Below are positions 38,263-47,600 of a stretch of 64,000 nucleotides of DNA, in pieces. The number at the start of each line of letters is the position of its first letter. Position 1 is the first letter of the stretch. The notes below the pieces were generated by a model, which worked only from the letters and a program-made list of their open reading frames with translations, made no database searches and was not told the DNA's origin. The position numbers and the translations under genes are program-made. The stretch comes from Candidatus Magasanikiibacteriota bacterium (GTDB lineage: Bacteria; Patescibacteriota; Patescibacteriia; Magasanikbacterales; UBA922). The DNA lies in the NCBI GenBank assembly GCA_003482855.1, contig DMXO01000002.1, positions 112,114-176,113 of the forward strand, given 5' to 3'.

Positions 38263-39789
38263 ATGTCAGAACTTACACTAATAGTCACCATACTTGGTGG
38301 GCTCATACTGGGCGGAGGACTTGGGTACTTCATCCGAGTGCAAATGGGCAAAGCCAAGGCAAACTCTGTAGAAGCAAAAGCAGAGAAAATGCTCAATGAG
38401 GCAAAACAAAAAGAGCAAGAACTTTTGCTCCACGCAAAAGAAAAAGCTATCAAAATAATTGATGACTCAAAAAAAGAAGAAAATGATCGCAGAAGCGAGC
38501 TTGGTCAATTGCAAAAAAGACTCACTGAACGCGAGTCCATGTTTGACCAAAAACTTATGGAGTTTGAAGAGCGAAAGACAAATCTTCAACAAAAAGTAGA
38601 AGAAATACAGGCTATCAAACAAAAAGTTGATCTCTTGCGAGAAGATGCAACAAAAAAATTGGAAACAATCTCAAACATGACACGAGAAGAAGCAAAAGAA
38701 GAGATTATCCACCAAGTCGAAGAACAAAGTCAGGAAGATCTATTTGGTCGCATCATGAAAATTGAACGTACCAATAGTGAAAAATACGAAATTAAAGCTC
38801 GTGAAGTAGTACTCTCTGCAATACAACGATGTGCGTCTGATCATTCTTCAGAGACAACTTCGACCTCAGTAAATCTCCCTAGTGACGAAATGAAGGGGCG
38901 GATTATAGGAAAAGACGGCCGTAACATCAAAACTATTGAAAAACTTACTGGCTGTGAATTAATCATTGACGACACGCCAGACATGCTCCTGGTCTCAGGA
39001 TTCTCCCCTATCCGCCGACGTGTTGCACAAATTGCAATTGAAAAATTGATCAAAGACGGCCGTATCCAGCCAGCACGTATCGAAGAATTCATAGAAGAAG
39101 CAAAAAGAGAACTTGCTATCGATATCAAACAGGCAGGAGAAGAGGCTCTCTACAAACTAGGTATTACAGGACTTGATCCAAAACTTGTGTCTATCGTCGG
39201 ACGTCTCAAATATCGTACTAGTTATGGCCAAAATATTCTGAACCATTCAGCCGAAGTAGCACATCTGTCTGCACTCATTGCACAAGAGCTTGGAGTAGAT
39301 GCTGCAACAGCAAAGAAAGCAGGGTTCTTCCATGATATAGGTAAAGCAGTAGACCAAGAGACGCAAGGTGGTCATCCGGAAATTGGAGAAACCATCCTCA
39401 AAAAATTTGGTCTTCCTGTAGAAATCCAAGATGCAGCTGCTCACCACCATGATGACAAGCCTGAGAGCGTCATCACACAGATCGTGAAGGCAGCAGATGC
39501 TATATCTGGATCACGCGTCGGAGCACGTCGCGATACGTATGAACAATACGTGGCACGTCTCGAAGAGCTTGAGGCAACAGCAAGTGGTTTTGCAGGCATT
39601 GATAAAGTATACGCAATTCAAGCTGGACGCGAAGTACGCATATTTGTAAAACCAGAAGAAATTGATGATTACGAAGCATATAATCTAGCAAAAGACATTG
39701 CTCGTAAAATAGAAAATGAACTTCAGTATCCTGGCGAAATCAAAGTGCACGTCATCCGAGAATCACGCGTCATCGAATATGCTAAGTAA
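38263..39789 (+). CDS. rny: ribonuclease Y
   Basis: N-terminal TM helix, KH domain (GRIIGKDGRNIKTIEKLTG), HD domain (HSAEVAHLSALIAQELG...FFHDIGKA); 508 aa. Confidence 0.9.
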   Translation: MSELTLIVTILGGLILGGGLGYFIRVQMGKAKANSVEAKAEKMLNEAKQKEQELLLHAKEKAIKIIDDSKKEENDRRSELGQLQKRLTERESMFDQKLMEFEERKTNLQQKVEEIQAIKQKVDLLREDATKKLETISNMTREEAKEEIIHQVEEQSQEDLFGRIMKIERTNSEKYEIKAREVVLSAIQRCASDHSSETTSTSVNLPSDEMKGRIIGKDGRNIKTIEKLTGCELIIDDTPDMLLVSGFSPIRRRVAQIAIEKLIKDGRIQPARIEEFIEEAKRELAIDIKQAGEEALYKLGITGLDPKLVSIVGRLKYRTSYGQNILNHSAEVAHLSALIAQELGVDAATAKKAGFFHDIGKAVDQETQGGHPEIGETILKKFGLPVEIQDAAAHHHDDKPESVITQIVKAADAISGSRVGARRDTYEQYVARLEELEATASGFAGIDKVYAIQAGREVRIFVKPEEIDDYEAYNLAKDIARKIENELQYPGEIKVHVIRESRVIEYAK

Positions 39790-39790
39790 T

Positions 39791-39819
39791 ACAAAACTCC
39801 CTTCGGGGAGTTTTTGTTT
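39791..39819 (+). terminator. rho-independent terminator after rny
   Basis: aaactccc-ttcg-gggagttt-ttgttt. Confidence 0.6.
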
Positions 39820-39986
39820 CAAATCCTAAATTCTAAACCAAAAATCCTAAACAAACTAAAATGTTCAAATTACCAAAACTCTAAACGTGATTGTTTGTGG
39901 TATTAGTGCTTTATTAATTTTGTATTATTTAGAATTTCGATATTAGAATTTCGAATTTACACGATTGTGGATAAAAAATGCCTCTA

Positions 39987-40015
39987 TTGACAGCTTTTTC
40001 TATGTATTATACAAT
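39987..40015 (+). promoter_or_regulatory. putative sigma70-type promoter for HU gene
   Basis: TTGACA-17 nt-TACAAT; HU gene has AAGGAA SD. Confidence 0.4.
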
Positions 40016-40093
40016 AAATCTGTAATAGTAATCTCATTTATCTTCTAACCTTCCCCATGAACCTATCAGTTTCTTGGGGAATAAGGAACACAT

Positions 40094-40372
40094 ATGAACA
40101 AAGCAGAATTGGCACAGGCCATAGCCGACAAAGCAGGAGTATCCAAAAAGGAAGCAGAAAGTATGGTAGCTTCTTTTGTACAAATTGTTACCACCACTAT
40201 CAAAGGCGGTGGCGAGGTAAATATTGCAGGCTTTGGTGCATTTAGCGCAAAGATGCGTGCAGGACGCGTCGGAGTCAACCCACAAAACCCAACACAAAAA
40301 ATTCAAATCCCCCCTGTCACCGTGCCAAAATTCAAAGCTGGCAAAGCATTGAAAGATGCGTTGAAGAAATAG
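40094..40372 (+). CDS. hup: DNA-binding protein HU
   Basis: MNKAELAQAIADKAGVSKKEAE...GFGAFSAKMRAGRVGVNPQN...: HU/IHF family signature; 92 aa. Confidence 0.9.
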   Translation: MNKAELAQAIADKAGVSKKEAESMVASFVQIVTTTIKGGGEVNIAGFGAFSAKMRAGRVGVNPQNPTQKIQIPPVTVPKFKAGKALKDALKK

Positions 40373-40387
40373 AATAACAATTTACAC

Positions 40388-40418
40388 AAAAACCTCTCAT
40401 AATGAGAGGTTTTTTATT
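40388..40418 (+). terminator. rho-independent terminator after HU gene
   Basis: acctctc-ataat-gagaggt-tttttatttttt. Confidence 0.6.
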
Positions 40419-40432
40419 TTTTCATGAAACTG

Positions 40433-40556
40433 TGTCAGAGGGGAGGATCGAACTCCCGACCTTAGCGTTATGAATGCTACGCTCTAACCGACTGAGTCCC
40501 GAGGCGAGCTCGGGATCCCGATTCAGCCCCAAGGCTGACATCGGGACTACTCTCCA
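40433..40556 (-). pseudogene. tRNA-Met(CAT)-like second copy with ~50-nt twin-hairpin insertion in D-arm and mismatched acceptor stem (pseudogene or insertion-containing tRNA)
   Basis: revcomp: TGGAGAGTAG-[TCCCGATGTCAGCCTTGGGGCTGAATCGGGA TCCCGAGCTCGCCTCGGGA]-CTCAGTCGGTTAGAGCGTAGCATTCATAACGCTAAGGTCGGGAGTTCGATCCTCCCCTCTGACA; D-arm to 3' end nearly identical to tRNA at 40824-40900 with compensatory T-stem changes; 5' acceptor strand pairs only 4/7. Confidence 0.5.
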
Positions 40557-40822
40557 ATATTATTTTTATCTTCAATAATTTTTTCAATAATAATTCTGCT
40601 TTTCTGTCTCTTTAGCCAACGTTCTCTTTGGTAAGCTTCCTCGATTGAGCTAAACTTTTCAATTTTCTTTAATTCCCAAGGTCTTTTTGTGACTGTAGAT
40701 TTTGATTGTCCACGGTTATGTTCTTTTATCCTTCTTTCAATATTATTAGTTACGCCAATATAAAAACTCCCATGTTTTATACTTTGTAAAAAATATACAT
40801 AATATGGGAGTTTTATACTCAT
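40547..40822 (-). CDS. GIY-YIG nuclease family protein (small UPF0213/YhbQ-like)
   Basis: MSIKLPYYVYFLQSIKHGSFYIGVTNNIERRIKEHNRG: GIY-(10)-YIG, Arg, Glu and Asn catalytic residues; ORF starts 2-3 nt after tRNA-Met 3' end and its TAG stop lies in the 5' end of the downstream tRNA-like copy. Confidence 0.8.
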   Translation of the reverse strand: MSIKLPYYVYFLQSIKHGSFYIGVTNNIERRIKEHNRGQSKSTVTKRPWELKKIEKFSSIEEAYQRERWLKRQKSRIIIEKIIEDKNNIGE

Positions 40823-40823
40823 A

Positions 40824-40900
40824 TTGTGACAGAGGAGGGAATCGAACCCTCGACCTTAGCGTTATGAATGCTACGCTCTAACCGACTGAGCTACTCTGTC
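40824..40900 (-). tRNA. tRNA-Met (anticodon CAT; elongator-type or tRNA-Ile2 lysidine-type)
   Basis: GACAGAG TA GCTC AGTCGGTTA GAGC G TAGCA TTCATAA CGCTA AGGTC GAGGG TTCGATT CCCTC CTCTGTC A; cloverleaf by eye; no GGG/CCC initiator signature in anticodon stem. Confidence 0.8.
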
Positions 40901-40929
40901 ATAGTTATAATTTCGAATTTTTTAACCAG

Positions 40930-41001
40930 TACCGCCACGGGGAATTGAACCCCGGTTGCATGGATGAGAACCATGCGTCCTAGCCACTAGACGATGGCGG
41001 C
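40930..41001 (-). tRNA. tRNA-Glu (anticodon CTC)
   Basis: GCCGCCA TC GTC TAGTGGCTAGGAC G CATGG TTCTCAT CCATG ... GGGGT TCAATTC CCCCG TGGCGGT A; resembles bacterial tRNA-Glu (TCGTCTAG D-arm). Confidence 0.75.
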
Positions 41002-41072
41002 GTATATATCTTTTCAAAAAATACAAAGAGAGCGAGCATAGTATACTGTATATAGACTCATCTGTCAACGAA

Positions 41073-42842
41073 TCATCTATCTGGTGGAACCCGATAATAT
41101 TGCATAATATACTTGGCAATCTCTGCAAACGTAGGTGCAGCTGTCGTCGACGCGTATGCACGCTTGGGTTTTTCAAATTTAACTATCATTACAAATTTTG
41201 GATCATCAACAGGACCGAAGCCAATGAACGAATGATTTGTGTCTGCCAGATAACCCCCCGGTCCAGGAATCTGTGCAGTCCCCGTCTTGCCTGCCACATA
41301 GTACCCCGGCACATGCCCTAATCGTGCCGATCCCACGTCTACTACGCGAACAAGCATACCAGACAAAAGTTGTGCTGTTCTCTTTTCAATTACCTGTCTA
41401 ATTATCTTCGGCTTTGTCTCTTCTATCTTACCATTTGGATATATAACATCTTTGATAATATATGGCTTCAAAAGAGTACCACCATTTGCAATAGCAGCAA
41501 ACGCACTTACCATTTGGAGAGGAGTAGCGGTAATGCCCTGCCCAAAAGATGCTGTGGCTGTGTAACAATCTATTTTGTCTTTTTTGTTGCGATAAAGTGA
41601 GTCTATAGTGCCCGATGACTCAGTATTGAGCTCTATGCCTGTCTTTACGCCAAAACCAAATCGTTCCACATAATCTCTAAATCGTTCTTTGCCGAGTGAG
41701 GTAACCACATGCACCATCCCAGTGTTTATTGAATTTTCAAGAACGCCAGTCATAGTTTGGTCACCATACGATTTGAAATCAGCATTTTTGATAGGCTTCG
41801 TACATCCGACATCTACGCTACCACTGTCAAAAAAATAAGAGTCTGGTGTTACTATTTCTTCATTCAAAGCCGCAGCCATACCAATTGGCTTGAATATAGA
41901 ACCAGGTTCGTAAGGAGTAAATATGTTGAGATTATTATATGCGTCTATTGATTCAACCTCATTGTACGTATTTGGATCAAAATCAGGCAAAGAGCACATA
42001 GCTGTTATTGCTCCTGTCTTCGGATCCATAATAACTAAAGAAGCAGTCTGTGCTCCATACTCATCCATCCGTTGTTTCAAAATATCACACGCTTTGAACT
42101 GAAGTGTACGGTCGATAGTTAATGTAAGACTTACGCCATCTTCTGCTGGTTCAAATAAACGACCGGCAAGCGGTATCCATCCGCCTTTCGCACCCATAGC
42201 GCCTTCAAGAAAACCACCCGTGCCTGATAATTCTTTATTCCAATATCCTTCGATACCATAACTCCCGATGTCATTGCCATCTGCGTCTTTTCCCAAAAAA
42301 CCTATAACTTGCGATGCGAGCGATGCCTCAGGATAAAAACGGTGTGGTCTCCTTACAAAATGGATGCCCGGCAATTTAAGTCCGTCAATCATATCTGCAA
42401 TTTCTTGTTCTACTTTTTTTTCAAGAGGCTCATAAGGATCGTCACGCTTACTGAGCTGCATATAGAGACTCAACTTTTTTTCGTCGTCATAATGAAACAA
42501 CTCAGCTAATTTCTCAGCTATGTCTTCTGCCGTCTCATCATCTTGAATTACCCGCGTATCAACATACATCAAAAACAAGTCCCTATTTATTGCAAGAGGA
42601 TATCTCTCCTGCGAATCCTGCGACTCGAGATAGATAGACCCACGTTCAGGGAAAAGCTGCGCATATATATCATGGGATCCTGAAGCAAGCGCGGTGTAAA
42701 ACCCGTGTTGCCATACCATAAGTACAAAAAGACGAAACACAATAAACAAAAATACGACGGTGAACAGTATGCCCACCGCGCGTATTCGAGAATCCTGTGT
42801 GCCAGGACGTTCAAAGCTATTATGAGAGCGTACGTGTCTCAT
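41073..42842 (-). CDS. penicillin-binding protein 2 / class B transpeptidase
   Basis: N-terminal TM anchor; KTGTAQ (KTG motif), transpeptidase domain; 589 aa. Confidence 0.8.
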   Translation of the reverse strand: MRHVRSHNSFERPGTQDSRIRAVGILFTVVFLFIVFRLFVLMVWQHGFYTALASGSHDIYAQLFPERGSIYLESQDSQERYPLAINRDLFLMYVDTRVIQDDETAEDIAEKLAELFHYDDEKKLSLYMQLSKRDDPYEPLEKKVEQEIADMIDGLKLPGIHFVRRPHRFYPEASLASQVIGFLGKDADGNDIGSYGIEGYWNKELSGTGGFLEGAMGAKGGWIPLAGRLFEPAEDGVSLTLTIDRTLQFKACDILKQRMDEYGAQTASLVIMDPKTGAITAMCSLPDFDPNTYNEVESIDAYNNLNIFTPYEPGSIFKPIGMAAALNEEIVTPDSYFFDSGSVDVGCTKPIKNADFKSYGDQTMTGVLENSINTGMVHVVTSLGKERFRDYVERFGFGVKTGIELNTESSGTIDSLYRNKKDKIDCYTATASFGQGITATPLQMVSAFAAIANGGTLLKPYIIKDVIYPNGKIEETKPKIIRQVIEKRTAQLLSGMLVRVVDVGSARLGHVPGYYVAGKTGTAQIPGPGGYLADTNHSFIGFGPVDDPKFVMIVKFEKPKRAYASTTAAPTFAEIAKYIMQYYRVPPDR

Positions 42843-42853
42843 GTCATGAAAGA

Positions 42854-44023
42854 TTAGTTGCCAAAATTAATCGCGTCAAGGTTTTCTTCCATGCCATCTT
42901 GAGGTAATACCGTGCCATCTAAATCTTCCAAACTACCAAAATCAAAAGTCATAGAGTCTCCCAAAGCCGCATTATCAGAGGTATCCATCATCGTATTCAA
43001 GCTACCAAATGCTCCAAACAACATAGCACCAACAACTTGTTGCATAACCTCTTCAAATGAAGAAAAGCTATCAGGAGCCATGACATTGACTGGCTTGTTA
43101 TGATCATATAATTCTATATTGGCGTCTACAGTCGCATCAATACCTTCGGCTTCACTCTTGACAGGACCGGCTATACTTATCTTGTATAATAATGCATCTT
43201 TTTCCCCTACCCACAAACCAATATCTAAACGGGTCAATTGTTCAATCATTTCTTGTTTTTTGACTATCTCGTCATCTCTAAGTTTCTTTTCCTTGTTTAA
43301 CAATACGCGAGTAAGTGCATCCTTATTAAATTTGGCACGCACATGGACAGTATTCACACCACGTATAGTCTCCTTAGATGTTTTTTGTTCAAGTATAAAA
43401 AGAGACTCTTCTTCGAGTAAATCTTCAAACTCCTGAACATCTTTTTTTTCACCTTGCACTGCAATTGTCTGGCCTTCTGGGCTAACTGCGTCATCTTTCT
43501 TCTCAAGTCCAATCCATTTGTTTGAGGCAGCACTACTTATAGAGTCCAACAAGGGCTTCACATCCTCTGGCGCCTGCAGATTAACATTTGATAACTTAAT
43601 ATATGTCATATCTTCCAACATGCGCGTAGACAATGACAATGACCCTGTATCTTCACCTGATTCATAACTCAATGCTATCTCTACACTCCCTTTGGAAACA
43701 TCATTTTCTATTTTTTCAAATCCCCCCTCAGCATCAATAATCGTTTTTCCTTGTTTCATTTCCTTCGCCGTATCACCTGACTCGTCTAGTCCACCCCCAC
43801 CCATCATGGAAGTTAATTCTTTTGTAGGCAATAGATCACTTGCAAAACTACCTTCCAAAACTAGGTGTGCATTAAATTTTCCAGACTTGACCTCGGCCAT
43901 ATTTTCTTGCATCTTTTGCAAGAGTTTTTCAGGAGATGCACTATTTACTACATTGGTAAAAAAATACCACCCTCCTGCTACTACAGCTACGACGATGACG
44001 ATACTGACGATTAGTTTACGCAT
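42854..44023 (-). CDS. hypothetical membrane-anchored protein (389 aa)
   Basis: N-terminal TM (LIVSIVIVVAVVAGGWYFF) then acidic soluble region; no motif recognised. Confidence 0.45.
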   Translation of the reverse strand: MRKLIVSIVIVVAVVAGGWYFFTNVVNSASPEKLLQKMQENMAEVKSGKFNAHLVLEGSFASDLLPTKELTSMMGGGGLDESGDTAKEMKQGKTIIDAEGGFEKIENDVSKGSVEIALSYESGEDTGSLSLSTRMLEDMTYIKLSNVNLQAPEDVKPLLDSISSAASNKWIGLEKKDDAVSPEGQTIAVQGEKKDVQEFEDLLEEESLFILEQKTSKETIRGVNTVHVRAKFNKDALTRVLLNKEKKLRDDEIVKKQEMIEQLTRLDIGLWVGEKDALLYKISIAGPVKSEAEGIDATVDANIELYDHNKPVNVMAPDSFSSFEEVMQQVVGAMLFGAFGSLNTMMDTSDNAALGDSMTFDFGSLEDLDGTVLPQDGMEENLDAINFGN

Positions 44024-44076
44024 ATATCTTTAAATTAAAAACTTAAAAAAATTATTTCGAAACTTAAAATTCAAAA

Positions 44077-45111
44077 TTATACTCTCCTCTGTTTTCCTAC
44101 TCTTTTCTCTGCTGTCTCTTTTGATATAAGCCCTTCTTTCAAAAGTTGCTTGACTGAATTTTCCATAGTGACCATACCATCTCTTGCACCGGTCTGCATA
44201 GCACTATATATTTGCGCAATATTATTCTCGCGAATAAGATTTGATACGGCAGATGTATTGACCAAAACTTCTCGTGCGACAGTCTGTTTGCCATCTACTG
44301 TAGGCAGTAATTGCTGGGCAACAATCCCACGCAAGACTGCACCCAACTGAATAAGAACTTGTTTCTGACGAGACCCATCAAATACATCCACAATACGCTC
44401 TACTGCCTCTGCTGCTGTAGACGTATGTAGTGTCGAAAACACTAAATGGCCTGTCTCTGCGGCCGTCAAAACAGTTGCTATGGTCTCCGGATCACGCATC
44501 TCCCCTACCAAAATAACATTGGGGTCCTGGCGCAGTACATGTTTGAGTGCTGCTGCAAATGAATGGGTATCTGTACCTATTTCACGCTGTTCAATCAGAC
44601 TCTTTTTGTCTTCAAACACAAACTCTATAGGATCTTCAACCGTCACAATATGTGCTTTTCTGGTTTTATTGATTTCTTCGACCATACTTGCCAATGTCGT
44701 AGATTTCCCATGTCCTGTCGGTCCAACTACCAAGACAAGCCCATCGAGTAAATTGGTAAAATTAATAAGCGCTGGCTCAAAACGCAATACATCAGGACTC
44801 GGTATATCTTTTGGAATTACACGAGCTGCGAGCCCAATACCGCCATCTTGACGGTGTAAATTGACACGAAAACGAACTCCTGAGACTTCATACCCAAAGT
44901 CCATTTCAAGATTCTCTTGAAATTTCTTCTTCTGCTCAGATGAGAGAACCCCATTGATCGCAGTCTCGAGTTCTTTTGCAGGAAGTGACTTCGTGTCCAT
45001 TTCTTGAAGTTCTCCCTGTATACGCAACATCGGCATTTCACCTCCGATAAGGTGAAGATCAGAGGCATTGCTCTTAATCGCCTCCTCAAAATATGATTTA
45101 ATGGATTTCAT
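44077..45111 (-). CDS. pilT: type IV pilus retraction ATPase PilT family
   Basis: GPTGHGKSTTLASMV Walker A, 344 aa typical PilT length, Asp-box and His-box regions. Confidence 0.85.
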   Translation of the reverse strand: MKSIKSYFEEAIKSNASDLHLIGGEMPMLRIQGELQEMDTKSLPAKELETAINGVLSSEQKKKFQENLEMDFGYEVSGVRFRVNLHRQDGGIGLAARVIPKDIPSPDVLRFEPALINFTNLLDGLVLVVGPTGHGKSTTLASMVEEINKTRKAHIVTVEDPIEFVFEDKKSLIEQREIGTDTHSFAAALKHVLRQDPNVILVGEMRDPETIATVLTAAETGHLVFSTLHTSTAAEAVERIVDVFDGSRQKQVLIQLGAVLRGIVAQQLLPTVDGKQTVAREVLVNTSAVSNLIRENNIAQIYSAMQTGARDGMVTMENSVKQLLKEGLISKETAEKRVGKQRRV

Positions 45112-45300
45112 AAGATTATGTTTAAGTTTATGTATTTTATCATATTTGTATAAAAACAGACAATGTCTTGATTTTAAGCTTAAGAAAGACTAAAATAAAC
45201 TATAGTGGGCTAAATATAAAGCTCACTGTCGTTCGCCACGGGGCGAGTAGAGATTTTAGATCTTCTCGTCGTGTGATAGACGGTAGTCTATTTTACGCGA

Positions 45301-45373
45301 CGGGCTATAGCGCAGTTGGTAGCGCGCATCGTTCGGGACGATGAGGTCGGCAGTTCGAGTCTGCCTAGCCCGA
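45301..45373 (+). tRNA. tRNA-Pro (anticodon CGG)
   Basis: CGGGCTA TA GCGC AGTTGGTA GCGC G CATCG TTCGGGA CGATG AGGTC GGCAG TTCGAGT CTGCC TAGCCCG A. Confidence 0.8.
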
Positions 45374-45404
45374 CTATACAGCATTTTAACTTTTACTCAA
45401 TTTT

Positions 45405-46433
45405 ATGCCTGTCAAACATACTGCGTCCAAAGACCATATAATCCTCGAAAAAGATCAAATCTCTATATTTGATTATAATAAAGACAAATTTGAAGAAAAA
45501 GATACAGGCAGCTTATCTGACTGTATACAATATAAAAATACGCCAAGCGTTACCTGGGTGAATATAGACCGGGTACCACCGGCTGATTTTTTGAAAAAAC
45601 TCGGGCTTGGATTTGAGCTTCACCCTATTATTTTGGAAGATATTGAAAACCTAAACCAGCGGCCAAAAGTTGAATTCATGGACGACTATATATACACGTC
45701 TGTCAAAATGCTGAATCCGGATCCAAAAACAAAAAAAATACAATCAGAACAAGTGAGCATCATTACTGCGCCAAAATTCGTCCTCACATTTCAAGAAGGC
45801 ATAAAAGGAGATACGTTTGAACCGGTACGTGAACTAATCCGCAAATCCCATACCCGCATCCGTACGCTTGATACTGATTATCTGCTTTATGAACTGATTG
45901 ATTCTATTGTCAACAAATACTTTTCAGTGCTCGAAACGTTTGGAGAACGCATTGAAACACTTGAAAATGAGGTAGTAAAGACGCCCAATCCCAAAACACT
46001 CAAATCAATACATACACTTAAGCGTGATATCCTCCATGTGAGAAAAAGTGTCTGGCCATTGCGCGAAGTCGTGAGCATGCTTGAGCGGAGCGAAACAATG
46101 CTTATCAAAAAAAATACACGAATTTATTTTCGCGATATTTATGAGAGACTCATCCAAATTATAGACTCACTTGAAACATACCGCGATATCCTATCTGGGT
46201 TACTCGATGTATATCTTTCAAGTATCAACAACCGCCTAAATAGCGTCATGAAAATTTTGACGATAATCACTACTATATTCATGCCGTTGTCATTTCTAAC
46301 TGGATTGTATGGAATGAACTTCGTATACATGCCAGGGTTACACTCAATATGGGGCTTCCCGATTATGCTCGGGGCTATGTCTTCTGTATTTATTGTCATG
46401 ATGATATTTTTTAACAAAAAAAAGTGGCTGTAA
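45405..46433 (+). CDS. corA: magnesium/cobalt transporter CorA
   Basis: C-terminal two TM helices with YGMNF (GMN) motif; 342 aa. Confidence 0.85.
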   Translation: MPVKHTASKDHIILEKDQISIFDYNKDKFEEKDTGSLSDCIQYKNTPSVTWVNIDRVPPADFLKKLGLGFELHPIILEDIENLNQRPKVEFMDDYIYTSVKMLNPDPKTKKIQSEQVSIITAPKFVLTFQEGIKGDTFEPVRELIRKSHTRIRTLDTDYLLYELIDSIVNKYFSVLETFGERIETLENEVVKTPNPKTLKSIHTLKRDILHVRKSVWPLREVVSMLERSETMLIKKNTRIYFRDIYERLIQIIDSLETYRDILSGLLDVYLSSINNRLNSVMKILTIITTIFMPLSFLTGLYGMNFVYMPGLHSIWGFPIMLGAMSSVFIVMMIFFNKKKWL

Positions 46434-46439
46434 GCGCGT

Positions 46440-47528
46440 ATGAATTTACCTCAACTGTATAACACACAAATCTCGCTTCCCGAATGGTTCGAACAAATTG
46501 GGCATAAAAAAACACAACATATCCGTGATGAAGACTTGACGCGACAGACACGCCTCAAAACTCTGAATGAAATCACTGGACTCCCCTATGACAAGCCAGA
46601 AATTTTTAATTCCGATGATGTTTTGAATAATACAGAAAAATTCAAAATATTTTTTGAACGAGAAAAAAATAATACCTGTCGCCTTCGCCTCTTACCTCTT
46701 TCAAAAGAGGCTCCCAAGTTGAGAACAGTTGGACGAACAGTTGCGCAGTCGGTTGAATGGTTCAAAGAACAAAAAGTAGATCCTGAAAATTACCAATTAA
46801 ATTTTTTAAGTTTTACAAACCAGCCATTGTGGGCAACAATCTTTGTTATCAGCCGCTATGGCATCTTTGGTGAAATGGTGTTTGGTGGTCATAACCAGCT
46901 CACCCAAGGATTTTATGACAAAAAACCCATAACCTTTGCATATGACTATAGTATATGGAAACTAAGTGAAACAAATGAGAAAGCGCTTGAACATCTCAAA
47001 TATATAATCCATTTCCTACACATCCCAGATAGCTCAAACCAAAAAAAATTAAAAGACAAACTACATGCTGAATTCACACAAAGATACCTCAATGGATATT
47101 TTGAAACCGTATCAGACGTCACTATTCCTTTACAATTCATTGATTATAACCGCGTACTAGGAGAAATCTACAGGGATTACAAAAATAAACCTCAAAACAA
47201 AATCACTACACATCTTGCAGGGCAAACCGGATCACCAGGTATGGTGATAGGCAAAGTAAAAATTGTAATGCCAGAACATATTTCAACTACCCAGCTCCAA
47301 CCCGATGAAATAATTGTCTGTGATATGACCAGCCCAGATTATATATCACTCATGAAACAAGCATGTGGTATTATTACAAACAGAGGTGGTATTTTGAGCC
47401 ATGCGGCAATTATAAGCCGTGAACTTGGTAAACCATGCATTGTGGGTACAGGAAATGCGACAAAAATTTTAAAAGATGGACAAAAAATCATTCTCGATGC
47501 GACAAACGGTACAGTCGAAATAACATAA
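46440..47528 (+). CDS. protein with C-terminal PEP-utilising-enzyme mobile (swivel phosphohistidine) domain and uncharacterised N-terminal domain
   Basis: GQTGSPGMVIGKV...DMTSPDYISLMKQACGIITNRGGILSHAAIISRELGKPCIVG: swivel-domain signature with phospho-His; N-terminal 250 aa unrecognised. Confidence 0.6.
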   Translation: MNLPQLYNTQISLPEWFEQIGHKKTQHIRDEDLTRQTRLKTLNEITGLPYDKPEIFNSDDVLNNTEKFKIFFEREKNNTCRLRLLPLSKEAPKLRTVGRTVAQSVEWFKEQKVDPENYQLNFLSFTNQPLWATIFVISRYGIFGEMVFGGHNQLTQGFYDKKPITFAYDYSIWKLSETNEKALEHLKYIIHFLHIPDSSNQKKLKDKLHAEFTQRYLNGYFETVSDVTIPLQFIDYNRVLGEIYRDYKNKPQNKITTHLAGQTGSPGMVIGKVKIVMPEHISTTQLQPDEIIVCDMTSPDYISLMKQACGIITNRGGILSHAAIISRELGKPCIVGTGNATKILKDGQKIILDATNGTVEIT

Positions 47529-47553
47529 AACCACCTCCAGGTGGTTTTAAAAT
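47529..47553 (+). terminator. rho-independent terminator
   Basis: aaccacc-tcca-ggtggtt-ttaaaat. Confidence 0.55.
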
Positions 47554-47600
47554 CGTTATCTATAAATCTGTAAAATCCATTAAAATCAGTGTAATCAATG

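Noticed and set aside
40922-41176. 84-aa ORF overlapping tRNA-Glu and the PBP2 start
   Set aside because: It overlaps a well-formed tRNA and the 5' end of the PBP2 gene, and has no signals.
45112-45300. Possible structured RNA upstream of tRNA-Pro
   Set aside because: Only short 4-5 bp hairpins were seen and there is no convincing family resemblance. It is probably a tRNA leader or promoter region.
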